A stretch of DNA of 64,000 bases from Azolla caroliniana (taxonomy: Eukaryota > Plantae > Polypodiophyta). Where the stretch lies: positions 682,001-746,000 of the forward strand of contig JBHGNT010000008.1 of the NCBI GenBank assembly GCA_043228905.1, written 5' to 3'. Position numbers and translations under genes: made by a program. Every line of letters starts with the position of its first letter. The first letter of the stretch is position 1. Below, piece after piece: positions 51,335 through 64,000 of the stretch. The notes under the pieces were generated by a model. That model searched no databases. It saw nothing but the letters and a program-made list of their open reading frames with translations, and was not told the origin of the DNA.

Positions 51335-52365
51335 AGGAATCGAGTCTCTATAACCACTTCCAATGTAAACTGGACGGAGTGTCTTTTTAGTGGATGCATC
51401 TAAATATTGGAAGTGGTTATAGAGTATGTAGATTCCTAGGAAGATCATACTTTTTCGTTGGTTATTAATCCATTATGCACTACCAGTTTGGGCCTAGTTA
51501 CGACAACTAAATAGTAAGTCATGTGGATTTGGTTGTGGATATACGATGGAATCAATTAAGCATGTATTGTGGTCTTGTCGTAAAATTATGCAAGTATGGA
51601 AGAGAGTATTAAGGCTGTTGATATTGATACATGCTAATTGTGTGATCGCTTGGGGTGCGGTTAGGTGGGGCATTCTAGAGAGACAACTATTGTTATATGA
51701 AAAGGAGGATATAGTGCAAGCCTTTCACATAGTTCCTCCTCATATACATATGGTTCAACCTTTTCTAATTGATAGTTTGCAAATTAGGGATGATATTATT
51801 TGGAAGACAATTTCATCTATTCTGATGTGGGTAATTTGGAAGGCGCGATTGTGATGTACATCAGTTTTTGACAACGTCACTCATGATTTTTTACGGTATA
51901 ATTGTTGAATTCTAGTTGTTACTTATTCATACATTACGTGGTCAGTACGAATGTTTTACAAGCAATGCTAATGTCATTTTCAGGAAGCAAATGCATTTTA
52001 AAAGGTTATGGAATTCAATGCTCATTTTTAGGGAAGATGGAGATCACATAATATGGATGTATAATGTTCTTGTCATTTTGGGAAACAATGTCTATTAACT
52101 TTATTTATGGATTTTGTTGCTACAGATATTGGTGGTATAGGTTACATTGCATGCTCACTTGCAGTCTGGGAGGAGTAGACCATAAAAATCTTGGAGATAT
52201 GGTGTACAAATACATGTAGTTCTTGTATATACACATCAAATCGGCTATGATGTGAGCACAATGGAGTCGGTTGGTATATACTCCTTTATTCAACACAACT
52301 TTTGTATTTCATATGATTTTATAATACCAAGGCGTATCTCTTTAGGGAAAAAAAAGAAAAAGAAA
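51335..52365 (+). mobile_element. L1 LINE 3' fragment (zf-RVT region + A-rich tail)
   Basis: IPRKIILFRWLLIHYALP, CGFGC...ESIKHVLWSC, MWVIWKAR. A-rich tail at about 52348-52365. Confidence 0.8.
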
Positions 52366-53781
52366 TAGGGAGATACTACCTAATGGATTTTTTTTTCGAG
52401 CAAATACGACCTGGTAGTCCTTGAAATATTTTGTGATCACCAATAGAACCTCATGGATCAAATGGCACAATGGGCGAAGCTCATTAAGGATTTTGATTTT
52501 CCATTACATAGCTTCAAATCATTTGTCAATACAATTGTTCATGCATTAAGTCATACTCATGAGGTTATTAGTCATATACAATTGTTGGTGCTTGATTCTT
52601 CGAAAATAGGTTTAAATAAACTATTATTTATGCCTCTAATTGTTGAGAATCAATCACAACCTAGTCTCGTGTGTGAACACACCTTTTGAGAATGTATGAG
52701 CATTCAAAAGTCAAAGGTCACCACTAACTCTTCAACATTAACTATGTGTAATTGAATTATATTCTATGACATATAACTAATGAGGCTCCACATTCCCCAT
52801 GACACACGAGCTTCTATACTTACTAGAGAGAGAGAGGGCGACTTTATATAAAGCACCCTCCTTCCTTTGTATCCGTTGGTTGTTTTCTATTGTATTTCTT
52901 ACTCATTGTTAACATACATTTGAGCGCTTTATTTCCTATCTATCTTGTGTCTCTTCTCTCCTCTTTCACACACACATCTCTAATCTATTCCGCATAACAT
53001 AATTACTGTAGCTAATTATTTACACTAATCACACACTTCCTTCAATCAATGCCCTAAAACCTATGATATTTTGTCGTGTCATTACAATCGCTATGTTGTA
53101 TCAATGGGTTTGGAGCTTAGGACAAATGCTTGACTGACAGTTTTTGAGATTGGAAACCTGCAACGTGTTGTCAAAATCTATTCCCCAGTTTGTTTGTTAG
53201 TGTCTCGACTTTTGATCATAGGATGCATTATAAAACAATGTCAGTTTGCGAGATAGGAAATCTGGGGCATATTGTCATCGGAGGAGAGCGTCAAATCTGT
53301 TCCCTATAGTCCAGTCCGTTTGTTAGCGTGTTGACTTTTGGTCATAGGATGCTGCGTATATGTGTACAACGAGAGTGGAGAAGAATGAAGTAAGTGAAGT
53401 CCGTTTGTGAGAGTTATGTAACATTTGATGTATTTTATTATCTATGTATATGTACATATAAATCCAAATACGGAAAACAAAATGAATGGAAAGCGAGAAG
53501 AGAAAGAAGAAAATGGAGAACTCTCACGGACGGCCTCAATAATAAGAAATGGCAGAGACAGACAGACAGACAGACAGAGAGAGAGAGACAGAGGACCCAA
53601 TCAGAAAAATGGAGAACTGAAAATAAATAAAAGGAAAGACAAACGAAATCAAAAAGATGGGAGAAGAAATGGAAGGAAAAAGGCGCGTGGGTGCAGATCT
53701 CTGAGAGACAGAGAGAGAGAGAGAGAGAAAGAAAGAAAGAGAGAGAGAGAGAGTCAGAGAGCGCGAGAGCGCAGAGATCCC

Positions 53782-56700
53782 ATGGCTTCTTCTTCTCCCT
53801 ACGACGATCTCCCACCGCGGCTCGCGGACATCGATGGACAGCTTCAGGATCATTTCAGAGCTCTACAGTAAGTCCTTTCTCTCTCAATGTATTTCACTTT
53901 GCCTTACATGGGCTGATCACACTTGCAGAGTTTTGTATGGACCTTCAGAAAAGTAAAAAAAAGAAGAAGCAAAGACCTTAGTGAACGTGTTCCTCTCTGA
54001 CAGGAAGATCTGATCTGTTACTAATGGGTGCGCAAGAAATGCTGTTTAAATTGTAGATAAATCTCAGTAAATATAGGATTGTGATAATAAATTTTGTATG
54101 AAAATAAGATAGTACCCACTGGAATTGATTAGGAAGTTCTAGATTTTTTAGAAGCAAAGATAGTGAAATGTAGAGACCTACGCTCGGATTTCTAAGTCGA
54201 AATGTTGATAGAGAAAGAGGGGCAGTGGAATTAATATTAAAAGATCTAGATTTTCTAGACAGACAGAAAGAAAATATCTTTGAAAATATAGATTTTATGG
54301 CAATATTAATTCAGTCCAAATGTTGCTGGAGGATCACGGCAGAAACATCCACCAAAATCCACTTTTTAAATGTTTTTTTAGCCTACAGGTATACCTGTTT
54401 TCCTACCTCAAAGGATCTCTTACACTTTTTGTCGGCAAAACCCATACTCTTATTCATTGCCAATTGAATCTTTCGCTTAGTTATGTCCAGTACGTCTCTC
54501 ACATCCCTTGAATGTCTTGAAGCACTTGGATTACGACTATATAATTCTATGGAAAATGGACATGCTAGCTAAATCCCAAAATTCAAATTGAACAAGGAAA
54601 ACTTAGCTGTCGAATGCTCCCATGATCCATACGGAAACTCAAGCAACGAAAACTAACTTTAAAATCTATCTGACAAACAACAGGCACATATGCCCTCAAT
54701 ATATCTTCCAGCATTTGGGTATTCCTTTCTGTTTAACCATTGATTTCAGAATGGTCCCTGCTACTATACTTCAATTTAGTGCCCAGCTTTTCTAACAAAA
54801 TTGTGTGAATTGTCCTGTGAAAGTAATAACTTGGTCTCAGATAGATTTAGGCAATACGTGAATGCAGAAGACATGCTGGATGAACAGATCATCCATGTAT
54901 GTAACAATTTCTTTCCTTTTAGTGGAAACAAAATGTGCCATTTTAATCAACTTGTCAACCACAACTAACACATCATGTTAATGTTAAGTATGAGGCAAAC
55001 CCACAGCAAATATACATGGATGCACTTTGCTATTTTATATCTGAGATGGCAAAGGTTACAACAATCCTAGATGACAGACTCTCTAAGATTTAGAGGTCTA
55101 ACAAGGAATGCATTGAGACACATAAGCACATCCTTACCCATACTCAGCCACCAATATTAGCACTTAATCAGCTCTAGAGTTTTCCTCATGTTCGGATGTC
55201 TATCACAAGGACTATCATGGCAATCCCTCATAACTTGGTTCCTAATACTTGGAATCTGTGGCACACATATCTTTTCTTTTCTTGTGAGCAACCATGGCTC
55301 TATGAAGGACCTCAAGGACAGTAGTCTAATGGATGAACTGCTCTCACTAGCATCTTCCATGCGGCTAGCCTCAAACCACTTATTCTAAACAAATATCTTC
55401 GCTTTTAAGTTTCCCATATTGGATATGATAGCTCACTTTTGGAAATAATGAAACTCATTTGGTACATAGCTCTAGCCAAAGCATTGGCCACTAAGCTATC
55501 TTTCCCTCTACAATATTGAATTTCTATATGGAAATCCTGCTGGAGTTGTGCCATATCTACCCTAGCTTGAGTTTAGGTTAAGTATAGAACTTTAGAAGTA
55601 CTTCAGAGTGGCGTTTTGGTCAAGACTTTGAACTCGGCTGCATACAGGTATTGACGCCATGTTTTGAGTGAATGTATGATCATACACAACTCTAGCTCAT
55701 GCGTGGGTCACTTCCAGTAGGATGTAGAGAGCTTTTTACTTTCAACTGCCACTGGTCTGCCTTGTTGAATAAGATGGCCCCTATAGCTACATGAGTAGCA
55801 TTAGTCTCTAGGATATAGAGTAACTGCAATTCGACCACTTTTAACATGGGTGCCGGAGCTACAAATTTCTTTAGCTGATCAAATGCTTGCTGCCTAATAA
55901 GAGTTCCAATCATAGGCTACATCGAACTGCAACAAATCAGGGAAAGGTGTGACTAAGGAACATATCTCTCAATGACTTTCTAATAAAAACCAGAAAGCCC
56001 TGAAAGAAATCTCAAATCCGATAAATTACTTATTATTCAGGATGACAGAGACTTTAAAAGATTCATCTTCATGCTGTTAGCAGATATCATATGGCCGAAG
56101 TAGTCAATGACCTCTTGGCACAAGAGGTTTTCTTTTCATTAACATATAATGCATGGTTCTTTAAAATTCCAAACACTATGTAAGTGATTAATTTGTTCGT
56201 TTAGAGTTTTATTGAAACCATTATATCATCCAGAAAGTCTAATAAATTTCCCCAATATCGAACACAATACTTCATTATTGATTCACTAACTCAATCTTGG
56301 GCACTCATGCAAGAGCTATGAATACTCAGTCATCCGATCCATACAAATAGATTTCTAGTGCTTATGACCACTTGTTTATACGAACTTGGTTACGAGATAA
56401 ATAAGAATGAACTGTTTCAGTATACCAAAATGGGATTTAAGATGAGCAATAAGTTCACAGTGCCTCCTATGCTTCACCTACACGAGTCAAATGGTAACTG
56501 ACAGAATATCATTGCATCCACTATATACCACAACATGTCTCACGACTGCACAAGCATTTTAGTATCACTTCTCTAAGCACATTTATGTTAATGAATTCAG
56601 GAAATATGAAACATTCTTACTCCTACCATAGTAGCAAAGTACATCCACAATTAATGGTTGATTAAACCATAGCATCCTTGGGATATACATGTATTCCACA

Positions 56701-59700
56701 TGAGAAACTACACAAGGCTCGTTAGGATCAGATTCAGACCATCAGACTTTGCTCTTCGACAAGGAGCAGATCCCAACATGAGTAACAAGAGAGATTCTTT
56801 CTGAAACATTTATCTAGAGCTTCAAGCTATGAAGATCAATCTATTCATGGAGCTGGCTCACAAAGCTCAAACGCATTGTCAGTGAGCAAGGTGGTCCAGA
56901 TGATGGAATCACATAAGATCTAACATCAATGCAAACTGCATGGGCATGATTCAGTATGAGATAAGAATGATAACATTTTCAGTCGGAGTTGCACAGTAGA
57001 TCCATATAAATGCATTCATGTGTTCTATACCTCACGGATGCAAATAAACTCACTACATTTCATTAAGTCTCAGACATCTGGTAAAAAATTGACAATCTAT
57101 CATCTATCCTCTAATGGATTATTGGTCAATAATCTAGTAGACATGTCATGTATTCCATTCATGACCGTGGGGATCAGCGCAACCTACAGAAACACATGCA
57201 TATCATAGTCAACATGGTTTCAACTAAGTCACAAGCATCTCTAACTAGCTTAGCTTTTGCTTAATGACTAATTCAATAGGTTTGGAAATGCCATGCAAAC
57301 TTACATTGCTCAGACACTATCCTACACGTGTCTCAATCCAAATATCTATCTACCAAGACATTACAAGACAATTATCACATTGACAATAGGCACATTCTGT
57401 ACATTCAAAGGCTGTGTTTTCGTCATAGATTGAACACCATGAGTGGCAAGGCAAATGTCCAGACAACCACAAGACGAATATCTGAACTAGATAAGGAGAA
57501 CTACATAAGACCTCATGTTGACTTACCAGCGAGATATTTTTATTTGATCTAAGCGATGGAGGCTCCATATATCCCTTCCCAACCTTCATGGTCTAAAGTT
57601 TAGTCAGGATACAACATATGATCTTTAGTCAGCCCATGGACTTTATGGTCAGGGATACAACAATTTCGTCATAGTATTCTAACTTTGCTATTCACCATGA
57701 CTAAACTCTAAGCTTATTCCTTCAGAGAGCGATAGACAAAGTACAAGAGATGATGTCCAATGTCATCTTTTTGAAGACCTCGTCAGAACTATACATAGGT
57801 TCTATTTTTCAGTCTCAGTTATCCATTCGATGAATCTTAACAATTCTACTAAGACACATGCTATGGCTAACAACTCACTATCTTGGAGGATTCTATTACC
57901 ACATTTCAAAGCCATCTTTGATCAATTTTATAATCTAATCATTAATGGTAGTGACATACAGTCCATACACTAAAGAGTTTAGTGATAGATATTCAGTCAC
58001 ACTGATTAACAGCCATAAGACTCAGATATTTGACAGAAATGTTGATGCTACCAACCACAATCATATCATAGCATAGCAGATCACTACAAACAAATACCTA
58101 TGAATCCTCAGACCAACACTCATAGTATGTACATAGTTCAAGAATTTTATTAATGTTACTATTCATATTTCAAATAATACTTATACACAGATAACCTACA
58201 TTCAAAGTTTGTTATGTAGATACATATGAGAAATCTCGATACAATAGTAATGATTCTTGTAATATGGGAAGTTAATCTTCGAAATTCGTGAGTGCTGAAT
58301 GTCTTTGTTGTCATTAGGGGTGATATTCACCTCTGTTTGACATCAATGGACGATCATTATGAAGGTATGACATCTCACACATTTCCCTGTGAACTCTATC
58401 TAGTATTTTAGTTTAAGAAGAACAAAAATTTAATGAGAACAAGCCATGGACACTTTTTCCTCATCAAACCCTCAACATATGAAAAGAATTCCTTCTGTCC
58501 TACAATTGTTTTTTCAACATGCAAAAGATCCTATCTGTAGCCCGTTAACACAAACTTATGTGGCAAATATTGATGTGGTGGTCACGATTGTGACAGATGC
58601 CATGGTGTTAGATTTGCATGATGGCTGCAATATACATGGTGGCGGATCACTATGGTGGTTGCAACAAATGCTGGGGTAGATTGCTACAGTGGCTGCTTGC
58701 TAACCTAGTGGTCTGATACCAATTGTCTTGACCCTCTAGTTGGGAGAAGGCTAACACATGGTACTTTGCCAAATTTTGCTTGAGGTTCAAAAGGATAAGG
58801 AATCAACTCTTATATTAGTACCCCAGGATGCAATGACAATTACACATTAGTGATTTCTTTCATAGCTCCAGGACTTTACTAAACTTGGCAAGGAATCACT
58901 ATAGAGTGAGTAGAGTAATGCTGGTGATAATGTGGACCGCGAGTATTATGTGATAGGATAAATGGGACATTCCATCACCAGACCACTGCTTGCGATGTTC
59001 AATCTGCATGAGGACACCTAGATGCACTTGTTGAACTTTGTCATAGCCTCACTCCACTGTATGAACCAACCTTGAATATGATGTCCAATCACCACTACTC
59101 AACTATACATAATAGTGATGCATTTCATGATTGCAAACCATCTCATTTCACGACAGGCACAAAGATCATGATCATGGAGCTTTATGAAACGTAGATCATT
59201 TATTTATTTTTCAGTAAAGATAATATGAATTCACCCATGTTTGTAATCATAAGTTGTCTCATAGACTGATTTCGGCCTCTAATAGATGTTAATATATCTT
59301 TCTTTCTTTCTTCCTTTCTTTCTCAGAGACTAGGGAAATGCAAATGGTGGAATAAAAGAATAAGAACAAAATAGGCATAAAGAGTTGTGTTTTTTATGGC
59401 TTCTCCTCCCAACTCTAGGATATGCTTTTATATAAAAGCCCCCCTCAATGGTCTCATGGCAATTATAGTCTCGACATAGAGAGACATGTCTTATGACTGA
59501 TGATGCAAGGGGGAGGTAGGTCTGAATCTGCATCTGGGGATTGTAAATGCTTCTCTCAAAAACAAGATGGCACCTTTGAAAATGTAGAGGCTATTTGCAT
59601 GTGTAATGAGTCAAACTGTTGTTATGAAAATTCTACGTGTAAATGGTTTTCTATAAGCCAAATATTACCTATGGATTGCAAAACCTATTGCAAACATTAT

Positions 59701-62700
59701 TGTGCCAAACTGTTGCTTGAGAGGTACAAGAATTAATGAGAAAGATCCAGTGAGATCCATTGTTTCTAAGAAGAAAGATAGCATATGGGAAATGCAGACA
59801 CCATGGCAATAATTACTGAACCATAATATCAATGGAATTACAAGAAGTTGAATTGGTCAAAAATATCTGCTGAGAATCTGTTTAAACAATTTGAATATAC
59901 TGATATGCTGAATCATTTGATTGACTGTTTAGGTGAGATCATAATTGTCCAGGAATCATCCTTCATATCAGTTGGATAATGTTGAAATACAATACACAAT
60001 GAAACAAATTATCCTGGAAAATATAACAGCTTTTGCTTGATTGCAAATTTTTTCTTCTTTTTACTAAAAATAACTTCATAAATTTGAAATTTGCAGGAAT
60101 GGATTTCAAAAGCTTGACAAAGTCAAGGATCCCAACAGGCAAAGCAAGGAACTTGAAGAACTCACTGCAAAGATGCGAGAATGCAAGAGGTTCAGTAGCC
60201 TTCCTGAAAATCCGTCTTGTAAATAATAGCCAATATTTTGAACTGCTTATAATAATGCCTGTTAGATCAGGTAAGATGTGAATGAGATAGTCCATGTGCT
60301 TAGGATTGTAATGGAGGAATTCCAAAGGGCAAAATGAATTGACTATTGCTTTTACTTTCCTTCTCTCACATTGACATGCATTTAATTGGTAACACTAAAC
60401 TATTCTGGTGTTTTGATGGTATATATAATAGTTGTACTTCTGTGAGGACTGAGAACACCATATTAAGAGGGTACATTTTATTAAGATATACTAACTTTGT
60501 CTTGGTTTCTTTGCCGCATTAAACTTTGAAGGGATACGGGGATAGTACATTGCTATAAGCTGGCCTTAGGCTGGTTCTTCCTGCTAGTTAACACTAGATC
60601 TTTGTGCAGAGCCTTGATAGTGTCAACTTGCATGTAGTTGGGACCTGGACCATTTGGATGCCACAGAGAACAAGCCAAACCTTCAATAAGATGTAATTCT
60701 ATAGACAGATTTCTGATAAGGTGGAATGGTTCTACTCTACACAGAAGTATTTATTTAAGCTAATGGTTAGAATTTAGGAAAGGAGCTCATTACCTAAAGG
60801 TACATCCTTTATGTATAGCCTTAGGATGTTTCTTAGGGATTGACACTTTGGTAATTCCATAGATGGAGTTTGGATTGATTAAATTAGGCATACATTTTTT
60901 TGCTTAATTTAAGCTCCTAGTTCCATCTTGGTAATGTGAGAAAAGATGTTAATAGCAGCAGCAGAACAGTTGTTAGAACAAAATAGACACAGCCAAGCTC
61001 TCAAACTATCAAGGCTCCTAGTTAATAATATGCTTTGTCTAGAGATTCTCTCAAACATGTCATACTTTGCGTTTCCATATATATTCCTTTCTACATACAA
61101 TTCTATCATGTATGATTGGCAAGCCATGAAAACTGAAAGGTTGGGCACCCCTGTTGCTAGGCTTATTAAAGATTTTGATCGTGAGATCAAAGAAGAAGAA
61201 TCAAACTACTCTCCAGCTACCAATAAGCAGCTCAATGAAAGAAAACAATCTTTGGTAAGGGATAGTTCCGTTACCTATATGAACTTCTGAACTATTTGAT
61301 TCCACCAGTCATAGCTGCTGGCTTATATTGGCAGATCAAAGAACTGAACTCCTATGTGGCAAAGCGAAAGACGTAAGTGTTTATTTTGCTTAACACTGTC
61401 AAATCAAAACCAATCCTTATCTTGAAAAATATCTGGGCAACAATATCTATTAATCTACTAGGTACACGGCGGTAATTGGGAACAAAAAAGCAGAGCTTCT
61501 TGATGGAGGAGGTGGAGGAGAAACCTTGGATGACAATGTGAGAATGGCTTCAAGTAAGTTCCCTAGTGCCTGAATCATTGCAACTATATACAAAAACATG
61601 AAGCTATGGCACCGTGAATTTGAATGTTTCTCCAATCATACTGCTTATGTCTAATTAAGTGCATGATCCAAATACAATGTCTTATGTCTTCTACATAGTC
61701 TTCATACAAAGTAGAGGGTGTTAGTCTAGACAACTATACATGATCACAATGTTAAAAAACTACATTATTGTATATGCAATTTGTATGATGATCATTACGA
61801 TTGATACATGAAATATACTTTTAAGGTGTTTATGTGAGATGCAGAGTATCTTATTTATGACATAATATGTTGCTTGATTGACTATCTGAAGCAATGACAA
61901 ATCAAGAGCTGATTGATACTGGGAAAAAAACCATGGATGAGACTGATCAAGTAATTGAAAGATCAAAGAAGGTATTATCTAATTCTGTGGATATTGTGAA
62001 GTTGAATTTCTGTGCTGGATTTGGATCATGAATTATGGTGTAATTTCATTATAGGTTGTTCAAGATACATTAAATGTAGGTGCTGAAACAGCTCAGTCAC
62101 TGAAGGGGCAGGTAGTAAACTGTAACAGTGACAATATTTGTTTTCTGACATTTTATTAGTCTTTGTGTAAATATATGAATGTAATGGTCCTTGAGTATAT
62201 CTCAATAGAAATATGCTGATATGAGAACTTACAACTCTTGCTTACTTCATTGAGATGCACCCAAGGACCATTAAATTCATAGATCTGTATTGTGGTAAAA
62301 TCTTTCAACGGCCTAGATACTATGTAAGACCTATAATGTAACTTGCACTGGGCTTTAATACAGTGAGATTTCTCTGCAGTATAAGACGCTGTACTACTGT
62401 TTGCATCTCTCATAAACTATTAGCCTTATGTCAAAAAGAATATGGTCGCAGAGACATATTAACATTATCTTACAAGCCACATGAAACATCATGTCATTGT
62501 AAATAAAGGAAGGAAAACAATTGTGGTTGCAAATTACAATGCTGTAAAATAATATTATTATATTTATGGTGAAATTTGAGAAGCATGCCTCAGCTATATA
62601 ATGAAGGACAAATTTTGGGCCTTTGAATTCAGATATCCATGGCTGGGCCCTTTTGATTTGTAGCTGAGTTCCAAACAATCGATAAGAACACAAATTTATC

Positions 62701-63308
62701 ATAACTAATACCTAGTATAAGGAATTTGGATATGAAAGTGTCTGTAAAGTGAATGAATTTAACATCTAGAAAATAGTAAAGGGTGCAACAAAATAGTTAA
62801 AATTTATCCCTTTTAAAATATGGGCTTTCAGACGGAGCAAATGGGTCGTATTGTCAATGAACTTGACTCAATTCAGTTTTCAATCAAGAAAGCATCTCAG
62901 CTTGTGAGGGAGATTGGTAGGCAGGTAAACATATGAAGCCATTTTATGTATATCTCTTTCATGTCTTACAGATGTAAAGGTAATCCTCTGATGTAACCTA
63001 CTGATAAAATGCAGATTGCTACCGACCGCTGCATCATGGCATTTCTGTTTTTGATTGTTTGTGGAGTCATTGCCATTATTGTTGTAAAGGTACTGTAAGT
63101 CATTTTCGATGCACTTGCATAACAGGAAAAGAAAGGTTAAAAGGAACTGGCATTTTTGTGGTATTAGTTTTAATTTGCTAGTTTTGTTTGTGTATAGATT
63201 GTTCATCCAAACAACAAGAACATTCAAGACATCCCAGGACTGGCTCCTCCTGCAAGTGGTAATAGCCGTAGGCTCTTGTTTGTGTTGGACTCAGACAGGC
63301 TTTTTTGA
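53782..63308 (+). CDS. NPSN: Novel Plant SNARE (Qb-SNARE, NPSN11/12/13 family), 10 coding exons, 272 aa
   Basis: Exons: 53782-53867, 60097-60189, 61161-61254, 61335-61372, 61462-61553, 61892-61971, 62055-62111, 62832-62924, 63015-63089, 63198-63308, totalling 819 nt, all GT-AG and in frame. Motifs NGFQKLDKVKDPNRQSKELEELT, LKGQTEQMGRIVNELDSIQFSIKKA, GRQIATDRCIM + TM, IQDIPGLAPP. Confidence 0.95.
55050..59155 (-). mobile_element. Old Ty3/gypsy remnant within NPSN intron 1
   Basis: Minus strand: RT FLDDI (about 56225), RNase H ETNATHVAIGAIL and VANALAR, integrase Zn CHDSP...HP...KT. PBS complement TCTGATACCA 58712-58721. Candidate LTR 58724-59155 (TGTC...GACA). Left boundary uncertain. Confidence 0.78.
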
Positions 63309-64000
63309 GTTTGATGGCTAGAGCTACAAAATGTGGTAAGAATCTCAAGTGATGACATAGCTGCTGCTCTCAAGAAAGATTGATGGTGTGAAATTTGTGA
63401 TGCTCTTTATAACCTGCCTCACTACACAAGCCTTGAAAGTTATCTTTCCTGGAAATGTGAGGCGGAGAGTTCTCCTCATGTGAATCAAGTTTTTGCCAAT
63501 GAACATTTTATGAGTAGGTTGAGCATGAGGAGAACTTTTGCAAGTTTTCAGTATAATATTGAATGTATTGTTAGGGTTTAAACAATGATGACTAAGTACG
63601 TCTATAGTCTCTGTTTTTGTTGGATTTGGCTGGAAGCTACATTCTTTCACAAATAGCCACCATAGTTGTTGGCATACATTCTTTTGGTGGACAGGTTTTT
63701 TAATGTTATGTAAAACTATGGTCTTTGTTGCCATCCCCTTGTAAGTAGATCAATTCAATCAGCATGTTGATAATACAATCTCCATTCATTAGATTTTGAC
63801 TGCTGTTGTTTGCTTTTCTTACCAACCTGATATTTAATCCAGTATTATGGTCATTCAGCCCCCCTTATTTTGACAATAACTGTCTTATTTTGACGTTGTT
63901 TGTGTAAGCACATACTTCCATATGGAAGATTCTGCCATTTTTTATCCTAACTATATTGTTGGCAGATGTCATTAATTAATGCCAATATATCGTCCCGTTT

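Noticed and set aside
53425-53781. In-frame N-terminal extension of NPSN exon 1
   Set aside because: It is translation of a GA-rich 5' UTR microsatellite. ATG 53782 has good context and gives the family-typical length.

Overview
Eukaryotic, land-plant nuclear DNA. The PPR style and TE content suggest a fern or other non-seed plant, which is inference only. Three host genes can be reconstructed from splice sites: a 14-exon nicalin gene (minus strand, 565 aa), an intronless PLS-E class PPR gene, and a 10-exon NPSN (Novel Plant SNARE) gene (plus strand, 272 aa) whose 6.2 kb first intron holds a decayed gypsy element. Most of the rest is retroelement DNA. It includes a young, GC-rich, tRNA-Trp-primed Ty3/gypsy element (1-6477) inserted in an L1 LINE, an RTEX-like LINE, and a four-level nest (copia > gypsy > copia > copia, plus an orphan LTR end) at about 34.3-51.3 kb. 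The most unusual signal is the expression strategy of the young gypsy element. Gag and a D-H-G protease share ORF1, which ends at G_GAT_TTT_TAG. This is the GGAUUUU slippery heptamer known from dianthoviruses and umbraviruses. It is followed by a GC-rich bulged stem, and RT-RH-IN is open in the -1 frame through the site. Coordinates were read by eye, and no alignments or database searches were run.
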